Assembly: GCF_036321535.1 (NCBI RefSeq) | Contig: NC_087449.1 | Span: forward strand, 62,620,001-62,684,000 | DNA length: 64,000 nucleotides | Source: Camelus dromedarius | Taxonomy: Eukaryota | Reading direction: 5' to 3' | Shown: positions 48,591-61,480 of the stretch, piece by piece | Numbering within the stretch: the stretch's first letter is position 1 | Layout of the letters: every line of letters begins with the position of its first letter | Made by a program: the position numbers and the translations under genes | The notes under the pieces: generated by a model | Seen by the model: only the letters and a program-made list of their open reading frames with translations | Databases searched by the model: none | Told to the model about the DNA's origin: nothing

Positions 48591-51199
48591 GTTAAAAAGG
48601 TATAAAGTGCCTAGCATTGTGTCGGGCACACAGGAAATAATCAAAACATTAACACTTTACATTTAAAACTTTCGGTGCCGATTCAGAACACAGGCATCCA
48701 AAATGGGGTGAGTAGGCTATGCTAGAGCTAGGAGATATTTGCAGGGAAAAATGTCTGATGAGAATATATTCAGCAGCTGGCTCTATGGTGCTAACACCCC
48801 AACACTGGTTAACTTCCACCAAAAGATGGAACACTTCTCATCCACTATTTACCTGTTTGAGATGAGGGGGTGAGATGCCAACATGGACTTCACATGGTCA
48901 GTGAGTGATGGATGCAGAACCATGTTTCCCCATCAAACATAAAGGCTCCATGGAAAAGGGCAATAGACTATGTGGTAAGAACACAGGGAAATTTTAAAGA
49001 AACAGTATTCCATGTCACATATAAATTTCTCCAAGTCCTATGACCGTGACTCAGTCCACTGAGTCCACCAGGACACAAGTGGCAACTCACAAATGCTCAA
49101 GCTCTGGGTGGTCAAACCACCACAGAGCAGGCCCCAAGGTGAGCTGGGAGAGGGACAGGAGATTCCATTCATGATGGACATTTTATCAGGTTTTACTCAA
49201 GGAATCTCTTCTTTACCATATTTGCCAAGCAGCCCAACCTAAGTTCAATCTTGAGAGTCAAGGGACCCAATCCTTCTCCCACCCCAAGAGCTGGGGCAGA
49301 CTCCATCCAGCACCATAACTTTGAGCGTAGGGAAAACACTAAGGCACAGAGTTCCAAGGCGTCAACAGGGGACCTATGTAGCCTTAATCTGAACACCAGT
49401 GGAGAAACAGTAGCCATTCCTACCTCAAGATAAAAGTCCCCTTTGAATCCCACATGAAAAACTAAAATTCCAAATCAAAATTTAGTCACGGTTATTTGCC
49501 TTGAGTGGAAACAGGAAAGGAGGGATTCTCAGAGGAAAAACCTACTGATTGGAGTGGCTGGGAGCAGGGCAAGGTTGGGGGAATACATTCCTGTATATAC
49601 TGCGCTCTTCCCTCTCAAACTGAGGCCATGTCTGTGCAGCTTTGTCTAAAGAAAATGGCGAAACAGCTTAATGGACTGATCAAACGGGGTCAGATAAGTT
49701 AACTTCCCAAAACATGGTTTGGGGTCAATGACAAACATTCCATCTGTCGCGCTCTAAATTATGCAGAAAAGCATGATTGAAGAAAAGTGCCCATGACCTC
49801 CCCTCTTCCTGCCTCTCTAGCCCAGCTGTTTTAACTGAGGTCTAAACGCCTTCTTCCTTTAACAAGGACCCTGAGTTTGTTTGTCTGGGCTTCGGGGAGG
49901 TTGCTTTTCTGCTACGTCTAAATGGAGATACTAGGTTAACTGGAAATGCCGGAGGCAGTCCATGACTTAGCACTGGACAGAGTCACTCTGACAAGAAAGA
50001 ATGGCTTGGCTGGATTTGCAATCTACCTGCTGTGAACGAACGGGCTATGATTTGGTTTTAGCTCTGATTATATAAAAAGCAAGTCAAGTTTGCATTCTTT
50101 TTCCAGATGGGGTAGGGCCTGTTGATTTTGTTTTGACCCACCCCTGCCTCAAAGGTGCAAATACTCTACCCACGTACATAATAATACTTGCAAAACATTA
50201 ACAGTTAACATTATATGTATGCAGATTATGGTCCTATCATGACAACGATACTAGGCTTCAAAAGTGACAAATTCAGTGAGGACTCTACCCCTTGAAATTC
50301 ACTTATAATCAGTAAGGGAAGAGGAAGGGGAAACAAAGGGGTGTAAAATGGCAGACCAGTCTTTTCCCGAATAAACTGGTTGATGGAGTGGCGTGCTTTC
50401 TGGTCCTAGTAGCCTGTAGCCTCAGCACTGGTGCCACTGAGCCACCTCCCCAAGGCCGCTGCTCCACCTCCCTTAGCCCCTCCTGCTTGGGCTGCCCCTG
50501 TGTGCCCTCCTGTGCCCACCATTTCCTGGCCACACGGTAAACATCTCCTTGACATCAAGAATCGGGCGAGGGCCTTCCTTCCCAGGTACAAAGGTCCGCC
50601 CCACCGTTATCCCCACCCCTCCCCACCCTCCGCCCCGGCCCCGCACAGACGTCCGTCCTGGCACCTGAAGACTTCCACGCACATATTTATTTATGGGACC
50701 TTCTCCTGTGCTGGGCCATGACCCAGAAGGGGGAAGACTTTGTTTTATTCATGTTTCTCTCCCCTGTGTTTCACACAAGAGCCTGGCATTTTCAGTTGTT
50801 CAGACAGTTGTGAACTTACTGTGTAGACATAACAAATAATAGATTTGCTCATATGAGGGTATGCTTTTGGTTGTGTAGGTCTATATTTAGCCAGCTCTGG
50901 GTGTGGGGCTTGGAACAATGTTAAAATGCCTTCAATAAGTGTCTCCGATGGGGTTAGAGTATTTTCTGGCTCTCAGCCACACTGTGGCTGGATGGTGTAA
51001 CACCTACAAAAGAACTAACCACACAACAGAGGGTCCTACAGGAAAGGACTTTAAGTGGTGATTCAAAATCTCAGCACCACCTTGAGAAAGTAGCTGTATG
51101 TGGTTAATTCCTGCAAATACGACACTGTAGACGTGCCCATGAACGAAGCCCACTGAACAGGGTGCGACTTTTGCACTGGGCGGGGCCAGGAGGGTAGGT

Positions 51200-51360
51200 T
51201 CTGAGTCAGAGAACCTGGTTCCCAGCCCAGCTCTCTTCACAGCCTTGGGCAAGTTACGCAATTTCTCTGAGCTTCGATGTCCTCATGTGTAAACAAGTCC
51301 ATTCGTGTGAAGACTCTGAACAGTACCTGGTACACGGTGAAGCAGTCAGTAAATATTAGC
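51200..51360 (+). mobile_element. MIR SINE
   Basis: tctgagtcagagaacctggttcccagcccagctct...gccttgggcaagttac...ttctctgagcttcgatgtcctcatgtgtaaa. Confidence 0.75.
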
Positions 51361-52639
51361 TAGCAGCAATTTTAAAGATACCCATTCAACTACTAGCTCA
51401 AATTTAAAACTCCCCTCACCTGTGCAATCTGCATTGCATCTACCTCATATTTACAGCAACACTGAGGAATCGAGGTTGATGGAATTAAAGTTTTAACACT
51501 TACGGTAAGAATACACTAACATATTCCACACGGTCAATTTAATTACCCCACTATTTCAAGAGTCGCATGACATTGAACAAGCTCCTGGCCAGTTCTGAGA
51601 ACAGATTATGTGAGACAAAAGGCAAGGAAATACAAAATTAACATTGCGGTTACTGCTTATCAGAACACAGACAAAGCCAGATACACCAGCAGTCCTCAAC
51701 CAAGGAAACAGGTTGCTGGCTTCTGATTGGAATTTCCTCAGATTGTTACCATGTAGTACAAGACTAATCTAAATGCCTCTCTGCACACAGTCAAGTTTGT
51801 GTGAAATGTATCAGAAGCGATATAATAAAGGCTTGGGTCTGCGTGTGAACAATACTGCTTTCAAGAAATGTATCATTACCAGGCAGATTAAGAAAATAAC
51901 AGACTTAAAAGGACCCTAGGTCTATAAATACATTAATCTACTGCTTGTTGCCGGAGGGAGGGATATATAAGCTAGATAAACAAAACAGCAGGTAAACTGA
52001 ACATTTTCAGGTGACTTTTTTCTGAAGTGAGTGTGACTACAAAATGAATTATTATGCTAGTACCCAGCAACATTTTCAAGATGGTGGATGCCCTGACATT
52101 TCAAACCATAACACCAACCCCCCACCTAAAATTTAATGAGAGCATTTGCTGCTCTTACTACTTTATATAATTTATAGTTAATTAATTTGCGTAATCTTCC
52201 CAGCAGTACTCCCTACAGCTGGCAAGCGGACTTCCCAAGGAAAAGGGGAAGACCTGGAACATGCCACAGCAGGTACTCACTGCCCAGACGAGCCAGACTT
52301 GGGGGAAAGGGCAGGATTCAAGCAGTCGACCTACAGTATTTCAAGAGTAGGATGTCTCCAGGGGAAATGTGGCAAAAGATCTTTGATGGTATATGTAATC
52401 CCATAGAAACAGCAGCTAAAAGCATTACAGTATCAGGCAGAATGGATTAAGATTTAAGATTAGAAGTAACCAAATGTTCAGACTTTTTAATTTGTTCTCT
52501 TCTGCTCTGAGGGATAAGAGACAGGAATAAAGAATGTGCTAGAAATTTGGGGAATGTGCTCCAAAACCGCCTTCCTCCTCCTCTTCTCCTCACACACTCT
52601 CCCACTCCCCTCCTCTTTGTAAAAGGCCTTTAATTAGCT

Positions 52640-53480
52640 CACATCCTATCGGGACCGGGGATCCCTAATACATCCTGACACCAGCCCGCGGGCCGGGCAG
52701 TGGGGTCTAAGTGCAGCGCGATTAGCAGGCTCCGAGCGGCCCCCCTGCTGCCCTTATCTCCGCAGATGCCTGAAGTTTGGTCTCTTCCCCCCAAGCCCTC
52801 NNNNNNNNNNNNNNNNNNNNNNNNNNNNNNNNNNNNNNNNNNNNNNNNNNNNNNNNNNNNNNNNNNNNNNNNNNNNNNNNNNNNNNNNNNNNNNNNNNNN
52901 NNNNNNNNNNNNNNNNNNNNNNNNNNNNNNNNNNNNNNNNNNNNNNNNNNNNNNNNNNNNNNNNNNNNNNNNNNNNNNNNNNNNNNNNNNNNNNNNNNNN
53001 NNNNNNNNNNNNNNNNNNNNNNNNNNNNNNNNNNNNNNNNNNNNNNNNNNNNNNNNNNNNNNNNNNNNAAGTGGAAGGGCTCCACAGTACGACTGAGGGC
53101 TTGGACCCCAGTGAAGACTTTCAGTCGGAAAGACAGGGACTGCAGCTGGCCCGACAAAGGGTCAGGACTCAGGCACCATTTGGTCGGCTGTCTTGTTAAG
53201 AGTATTCCAGATTAAAGTAAAAAGGCAAAAAGCGAAGGTTTCAGGCCTCTCCTCTAGTGCAGAGGACGCAGCCCCGACCCAGGCTGACCCGCCACCCCTG
53301 CTAGGAGAGGGGGAGCCTGCCCCCCACCCCCAGCTCGCCACTCGCCCACATCCCGCTCAGACATGCAGGAGAGGAAGGGGGCTGGCTGGGGAACTGCGTC
53401 ACCCGCAGGGTCAGCGTGCAGGTCACCGTGCTCACAGCAGCCAGGGGCCGCACAGTGAGTGCCTTTCTGAAGGAGGATTC
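52640..53480. promoter_or_regulatory. CpG/GC-rich intronic patch flanking the 268-nt N-run; candidate regulatory element
   Basis: Visible CpG density (cccgcgggccgg, gcagcgcgatt, ccgagcggcc, ccccgaccc) and an AGATAA motif, set in otherwise AT-rich surroundings; counts not computed. Confidence 0.35.
52801..53068. other. N-run (268 nt) inside a CpG-rich patch
   Basis: Run of n in sequence. Confidence 0.99.
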
Positions 53481-55129
53481 AGAAGAGGCACAAGTTCAAG
53501 CCAAAGTGTTCTTATAAGCAAGTTCTTCCGGGCTGGCCAGCTGTAGGCCCAGAACCTGGCGGCCGTGGGGCTCACCGTGGGGGATGGCAAGCGGCCGTTC
53601 CCTCCCTAGGGTAGACTTAGTAGTCCTGGAGGCTCCCTTTTCTCTCTCTCTTAACTCAGAACTTTAGAGGGAACCCAATGACAATGATCATAATTAATAA
53701 TGCAGATAAACACAGAAGCATACGGAGAAACTTTAAAAATTCATTTAACCAACAGAGTCACACTCATTTTGGCATTACAAAGATGTGTCTATCAAAGTTT
53801 TATCTCTATCTCATCTCAACAATTGCCCTCTAAATCTAATTATGGAGGGGTTCCCTATTTATTTGGGGGGGACGGGGGGTCTTGTTTTGTTTTCAGGTGA
53901 GGGGCAGTTTTGCAGGGGTTTACTGGTTGGATGAGGCATAGGTGAAGGACTAGTGAGGTGAGGTCCTTCAAAGGAGCCTAATTTCCCTCCCATTCAGGTG
54001 AGCTGACCTTTACACAAAAAAAATCGGTTTTGGTTCAATAACCCCTCGAGGGCCTTCTCCATACCCTGCACAGTGCTTGGGGCTAAAAATACCAAGATGA
54101 CTGTGACTTAGTCCCTGGTCCTCCAGGAGCTCAGTCTAGTGTGGAGACAGACGGATAAACAGATAAAATCAACAGAAAGAATGCTGAGAAAATGGACACA
54201 GCATCAGGGCTCTGGCCCCACTACCTTTCTCTTCCTCCAAAAAGGACAGGAAGCAGGTGCTCAGTTGCTGACCCTGTCTCACAGACAATACCAGATTTGT
54301 AGCCAGAAGGCCGGAGTTTTAGAGCAGGCCCTGCGGCTAAAAAGCTGTGAGAACCTTACTGGTCTCAATTTCTGCATCTGTAACTTGAAAGGGTCAAAAG
54401 CTGATCTTCAAATTCCTTCCCAGATCTGCGTCCTACGAGTTTCTACGAGAGTATCAGAGGCTGTGTTGAGGGCCCAAACCTGGGAAGAGCTGGCTCTGCC
54501 ATGTTCATATGGAAAGAGTGAGAAGAGTTTTAGTTTGAGATCTTTCTCCGGAAGAATTCACAATGGGCTTTGATGGAAGGGGAGAGGTGAGAGAGTTAAG
54601 TTACCATATGAAACATTATTCAAACGAGGCTTTTCCTAGAATTCATTTTTTTAAAAAAACTGAGGCTAGACATCGTTCACTGCTCTGTTATAAATGTTTT
54701 AGAGAAACAAGTGGCGAATTCTTCGTTGTGTTTAGTCCTAAGAATTTCTCTCTCTCTATAACTTACTCACTGAGGCATCTCAAGTTGTCTTGCCACCTGA
54801 TTTGTAAATAACCGCACCGCAGCAATCCCACCAACTTCACTGGCTGACGCCACTGAACATAAAATCCAAACAGGTGGGGAGTGTGCCCACAAGCAGGCTG
54901 ATAAGATCGACCTGGCTTTGCCCCTTTTGCTTTGTTTCTCAGTGATCCTATGACGAGAAATCTGCACATCCGATTGAGATGCTTAAAACGGATCATTCAC
55001 ACTCCTGAGCATGGAGGCCAGCAAAGTGAGGCCCTCTCTCTTGGAAGTAAGATTTTTCCATAGCTGTCTCCCCACATCGGAAAGCTCCTCCAGCCCTCAG
55101 CTGAGGAGACTTAGTCTGGCAGGAGGAGA

Positions 55130-55520
55130 AGAGGGCTTAGAGCTGTGAGGCCTGGACACCAACCACTGGTGCCAACACTGGCTGCATGATTCTGGCAAAA
55201 GCCATTCAACCTGTGTGACTGAATTTCCCATCACCTGCTCTGCTGGCCCCATAGGGATGTCGCAAGGTTAAGTCATCTCACAGACGGGAAAGTGCTTTAA
55301 TTCCCGAGGGGGAAAGGGTGCTTTCTAGAGCAGCAATATGGTCTATGAGAAAGAGTCTGGGGCCAGAAAGGAGCCCCGAGTCCTCATCCTCTTCTGCACA
55401 CTCCCTGTTGACCCTCCACGAGTCAATGACCTCTGCTGTGACTCAATTTCTTCTTCTGTCAAGTGGCAATGATAATACTTGTACTCTTTACCATGTGTTT
55501 GTGAAGATCAAACAGTAACA
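55130..55520 (+). mobile_element. Two MIR fragments
   Basis: ttctggcaaaagccattcaacctgtgtgactgaatttccccatc; aatgacctctgctgtgactcaatttcttcttctgtcaagtggcaatgataata. Confidence 0.55.
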
Positions 55521-58500
55521 GGATTACAAAGGTTAAATTTCTATAAAACTACAAGGAGCTATTAGCAGCCCTTTTACAACCAACTTTGGCATCATCCTTG
55601 CCAGTTTCCAAGTTACCAATAAAGAGAAAATAATCCATCTGGCCAAAATACCCTGCTTTGAAACATAACAAAGGCAACAAAGCTGAAACAATGGGCTGTT
55701 TTTGGAAGCACGCTCTGCTTAATTTTCATTGCAGTGAAAGCACTGAAAGTCATTGCTTCCGAACCAATGTGTTGTTAGATACATTCAATAGCCTGCAGGA
55801 AATGTTTACTTAGACATTTTCCTTTAATAAAGCAAACAGATATTGCCCATAAATATTATTTTAATTCATTTGATTAAGAGGGACTGGGGTTTCCGCTGTG
55901 ACAGTTTCCCAAGGCTTCCTGCCACCTTGCAGAGCCTGGGCCTGATCCAATAATGCCCACCTGGCCTCCTTCCATCCAGGTCAGTAACCGAGACCTGAGT
56001 GATGGGGAGCAGAGGGGAAGAAACAGGATCCTGAAAGTCAGCAGCATTTTCCTCTCTGCATTTCTATACATAGAGCATGACTGTGCATCTCAGTCAGCTT
56101 ACAGATATGTCTGAGAGGAAAGTCATAAAGAAATGTTTCCAAAGTTTGTTTATTCCACATAAAAACCATAAAATAGATCATTTAAAAATCCAGGAGGTAT
56201 TTCACATTTAATGACTATTCGTCAAATGTACACCATGTGAAAATGCTATGCCCGATAAGGGAGAGCCCACAAGGGCACCACCTGGACCACCTCCACTCTT
56301 ACAACTAACATTTACGACGAGGCAACAATTGACAACAGATAAGATCTCTGCCTTCCAGGAGCTTTAGGTCTACTCCAAGATGCAAAGGGATAAACAGACA
56401 AATCCATCACACATTTCGTCTCAAGTCGATCTTATACTTGAGGGACAGAATAAAGTGTTCTTTCCCCTTGGCCCTCACAGCACTTATCTCACCAAACTGC
56501 AAATACTTTGCACAGATCCCAGCCGCAAGACTCACTCTCTCTGTAATACACTTGCTTACTTCTCATCTGCCTTACCTGGTTCCATATCCCTGAAAAAAAA
56601 AAAAGGGTTTTTTTAAGTCTTACTTTCCTATTTGCCACAGGACCTAGCACCTAACTGACAATGCTAAATGGATGTTTGAGAGACGTGTACAAATGGTTGT
56701 TACTTTCCAAGGAAAACTATGGTCACCGTCTTAAAGAAAGCGCAAAGTGCCCTGGGAATTCCGAGCGGGGAGAATCTTACAGGGCACTGGACTGGACCTC
56801 ACACACCCGGAGCCATTAGGCCAGAGATGGGGAGAAGGGCGTTCCCAACAGAAGCAAAGCTATGAGGGGAAGTACAAAGGCAAGGAGAGAACGAGCACCA
56901 CTGGGGAAACAGAAAATGGCCCGACGGCCAGCTTTCTGCCACCTTCTCGTCCCTTTTCTTGACTTTCCTCATTTGGCTCCTAGTTTTTAAGCTCATTTCC
57001 ACCCTCCTCATGTGCCTAAGTAGGAAATTTTCTTGTTCTTACAAATAGCACAGGAGGGCTTCCCTACTGGTATTTAACAGAAAAGAAACGAGAAGCTATC
57101 GCTCCCATTTATTTGCCTGTTTGACCTAAGTGTGCAGTGTCTCTGCCACTATTCACTGACCAACTGGGCCTCCAAGTCCCCACCGAGCCTCCCTGAAGAG
57201 TCAGGCCAGGACACGCCGTCATCGGGCCACGAGGAAAGCCCAGGCAAAGCCAGACTCTCATCCCTTCTGGAAGGGCCTTCCTTTTTCCTTCCACGGTCTC
57301 TCTTATTTCCACTCACCTCCAACAATGTAGAAATTACTTTATGTAAAACCCTGATAGAAGCTTACATTTTTCTCCTACCACCTCCACTCCACAAAAAAAC
57401 TGCTCTAAGAACTATTCTCACACTTCCTGTTTGTGAGAATATCCCAAATATTTCACATAAACCGCACCATGGTGAATGAATGATTCAATACATCTCTAAA
57501 AGGGAAAGATACATTTTTTCTCCACCTGTGTTCTCTGAAACCCACTCTGCCTGGAAGGCACATTAACACAGCTCACACAACACCAACGATGGAAAACCCA
57601 AGTCTTCTGTAGAGATGTCAGTTTCTAGAGTCTCAGGTAAGATTCAAGAAGTACTGTCCAGCAATGTTCTAGAATTCAGAGACCAGGGAAGAAGCCCAAA
57701 GCTTTACCACTCTCTGGCCGTCTTGCACAAGTGATTTACTTCCATTGGGCCTTGGTTTCTTTATGATGGTGGTGGTGGTGGTGGTAATAACCACCTGCCT
57801 GCTTTCAGACTTACAGAAGGGATTAGAGACGAATATATGCTTCATCAATAACTAAAAATCAAGACAAATACAAAGGAATATTACAACAAGGAATGACAGT
57901 GTTAGTAAGTTAATTGTCTCCTTTCCTCCAGAAAGCAAACCACAGATTAGGTTAATAGAACTACCATAAAACCCTCAGAAACAGCACACTGTCCCCAGCA
58001 TTCTCCATCTTCTTAACTGCAGCACTGGTACCACTAAGCATCTGAAAGCCAACGTGCTAGCAGAATGTAGAGACATGAACACCTCTACAAAACTGGGAAG
58101 GCTGTACTACAGAGTAAGGGAGGTGAGCAAGGAAAGAAAAGGGCTACTGGAGAGAATGAGCTTATTTTCTGCCATCAGCTGATAGTGAGAAAGCACAAGC
58201 CTCCCTACCTTGACGGACAAAGCAGGAGGAAAGAGCCAACTGACTGTGCAACTCAAATTATTTGAATCTGAATAAATCTTGGGTCAAGCACGTCTGGTGT
58301 GGGAGAAAGTACAGCCAGCTTCCTCAGACGCTTTTAAGTCATTTTCTGTTTGGATAAAGAAAACTGTTTCAATATTTTTGCCCTATTTCAATCCTTTTAC
58401 ATGAGATTAGGGATTCCCAGATAATAAGGATTAATTCAGAAAGCTTTAGAAATTACAGCTGGAAAATCCTGAGGTCCAACACAGAGGGGAAAAGAAAGTT

Positions 58501-58649
58501 AGGAATGAATAGGAAACTGAGCTTTACCTTAAAAGACTGTTGTTTCCAACTACCTGTGTTTTAGTTTCTACAATGGTTTGGCTTTGGTAGATGATCGTAT
58601 CTGAGAAGGCGCATTATGTGGAGGAAAAATACACAGGCAGACTCCCGAA

Positions 58650-58830
58650 TCATTTTTTCCTAAAACTTCTGGCTCCAACACTCATCCATTATTAGACTTT
58701 AATCAAGGTAACCAACCATGTGGTCTCATTTTTCTCATCTGTAAAATGGAGATAAGCCTTCCTTCATTTTAGGGTCCATGTGAAAATTAAATGAGCTAGC
58801 ATTTGTAAAGCTCCCACGCCCTTCCTCACC
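58650..58830 (+). mobile_element. MIR fragment
   Basis: tctcatttttctcatctgtaaaatggagataa...gtgaaaattaaatgagctagcatttgtaaagc. Confidence 0.65.
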
Positions 58831-60869
58831 GACTTACAGAAGCTACGCAGTCAACGATGGCTATAGTATCCACAGCCTTTTCCGATTTTTAAGGATGAGA
58901 ATCCAAGAAATCCCCTCTTCCTCCTAATAAAACACTTTTGATTTAGCTTTTCTTCAAAATGGAGAGAGACTTACAATAATCACAGAGGAGCAAGAGGTCG
59001 AGAAAACAGAAAGGGCCCTTCCAAACAGCGTGAGTGTTCTGATCCTTTACTGCCAAGGATCAGAATTTGATTTGTCCTTCATGTGTTTATAAAAATGGGT
59101 TATAGTTGGCCTCACCTTAAGGTTGTCACAATTTTTCAAGAAAGACCAAAATACTGATACGAACAATACTGAAATGCAGAAAAGAGACGAACGACCACAT
59201 CTCTGGGGTAACCAGTCAACCAAAGAAAAGCTTGAACGTGTTATTCTTTTACTCACCATGTTTATCCTAGGGTAGAAAACCACTACTCTTTGGGGGACAC
59301 AAATATTTCCTGTCTTTTCAATTTAGCAACTGAACACACTTTTCCACCACCATACACTGCAGTTTTGGAAGACAGAGCGGATTCCTCTGAAACATGAGAT
59401 GTTCAGTCTAAGAAGGTAACTAAGGGCCTGACTCTTAGCTGAACTACTACTAGGAAATGAAGGCAAGTTTTAAACTTTTCCCAATCTTTCTGTTTCAAAA
59501 ACAGAGCTTCAACAGTGGTGTCATTCCTGCTACTTCTGGCTACCGAGCTGCCTGATGGGGAGCGGGATGGCGGAGAGAACAGCTAAGCCCCATTCACCAA
59601 GCTCCTTCACAAGCAAGGCCACCCGATGGGCAGGTGGGGACTGCCCGGGAATTCTGGTCACTCATGGGATTCTCATGCATCCGCTGCACCCCCGCCCCCC
59701 TCCCCCAACACACTTCCAATTCCCATAAACATCTGAGGTTTGACCGAGTTAGGATAGGTCACTGCTGGGTCATTCAGCATCTAAAATTTGCTTCTAACCA
59801 AAAAGAGCTCAGACTAAGGGAATCATTTTAGTGTTCAAGGTTATCAGAGGAAAATAAAACAAAAACTCTGTTGCCAAGAATTTGAGTCATTTCTCTATAT
59901 ACAACAACTTGAAGGCACCTCCTCTTGGCTGGAAAATAAATCCCTGGGGTGACTTATTTTGGATCAAAGTCTTTTTGAAAATAGAAAACTCCACATTCTC
60001 TAAGGGATAGATCACTGTCTGAAGCGAATTTCATTTAACCTAAAGTTTTGTGCCAACTTAAATACACTAAAACTCCAATGCTTATAAGGAGGCATTCCCC
60101 TCTTCTTTGCTTATAGGTACATGGAAAAGCTATTATGGGGATAATCAGCTCAACTATAAAATGGAGTAGTCATACATAATGACAAAAACAGAAACAAGTC
60201 ATAAATTGCCTTTTCCCCCACAGAATCCATGCAGGCAGGCACTCGGTATGCTCTTTTGTGCAAAGATAAAACTTTTGCCTTGAATAAACAGTGTCTTAGT
60301 CTCATTTGAGCTTTATAAATATACTGCCTACAAAACAAATACAAACAAATGCTGTTTATCTTAAACAAAAGGCAAATGGACCCCTCTGCCCTCAATCAGG
60401 TCACAGTAGACATGACAGTAGGTTGGCTAGGGGCAAGGGCTGGCTGAGACTCTGGGTGCAGGGACACAAAGTCAGTGTCCACTGGATCACTGCTGTGCCC
60501 CAGGTCTGCTTTCCTGGGCACAAAGGGCCAGTGAAGGTTCTCTTGGAAGGGAAGTGGCTCCTCTGTACACTTTACCCCAAAGAACAAAATTATCTAAAGT
60601 GCTAGCTAGGTTTTCCACCGAACTATCCAAAAAACAGTCTCAATTTCCCTCTCTCTTTCTCGTCATCATTTAACTTGACTGTATTCATCTTCAGATGGTT
60701 TTCCTCAGAGCTACTAAAATGCATTCTGAGTTGAGGTAGGGCTTTTTGTTTATACATTTTGCCTTTCTCAGTGTTGTTTTTATTTTTTAACATACAGAGG
60801 CATGTCTAGAACAAATCAAGCAGTTAGCAATATCTCAAAAGTGTTAACTAAAAATAAAAATTGAGATGC

Positions 60870-61030
60870 TAGTGCAGAAGATCAGGTCCTGGCTCTGCAG
60901 TTGCCTGGGACCTTGGGCAAGTCACCTTACTTCCCTGGGCCTCGGTTTCTTCATTTACATATTGGGGCTGATACCATCTGTCCTACTGACTGACTAGATC
61001 AAATGGTATCAATGAGTAAAACCACGTTTA
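60870..61030 (+). mobile_element. MIR fragment
   Basis: gaccttgggcaagtcaccttacttccctgggcctcggtttcttcattt. Confidence 0.75.
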
Positions 61031-61299
61031 CAAGCACCAAGGTTCTTACTGTCGGTAAAGAAGATGGTGATGGTCACGACCATTCCATCACAAGAATGAC
61101 CACAACCAGCATCACTTCCTGAGATCCTGCTTTGTGACATAGCTGATATGACAGCAGTCACCTTACAATCTAACAGAGTGATGTCAAATGATAAGCTTCT
61201 GATGGAAAGTTAGTAGTAATTAATTTTTCATATTCTCTTTAGTGCCTGGAAGAAAGCGTTATGCACACAAAGGACAAGCATCATATAGGGAGAAAAATA

Positions 61300-61480
61300 A
61301 GGCCTTTAGAATTAGCAGGACTCGGTTTCATATCATCCCTGTCATTTCTAGTTGTATGATCCTGAAAAAATTATTTAACTTCTCGAATTCTCAGTTTCCT
61401 GATTTGAAGAACAGAGATTAACATACAGAAGACAATGTATGTAAAGGGTTTATATCACAAGGCCTGACAAAGAGAAGGTG
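61300..61480 (+). mobile_element. MIR fragment
   Basis: ttctagttgtatgatcctgaaaaaattatttaacttctcgaattctcagtttcctgatttg. Confidence 0.6.
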
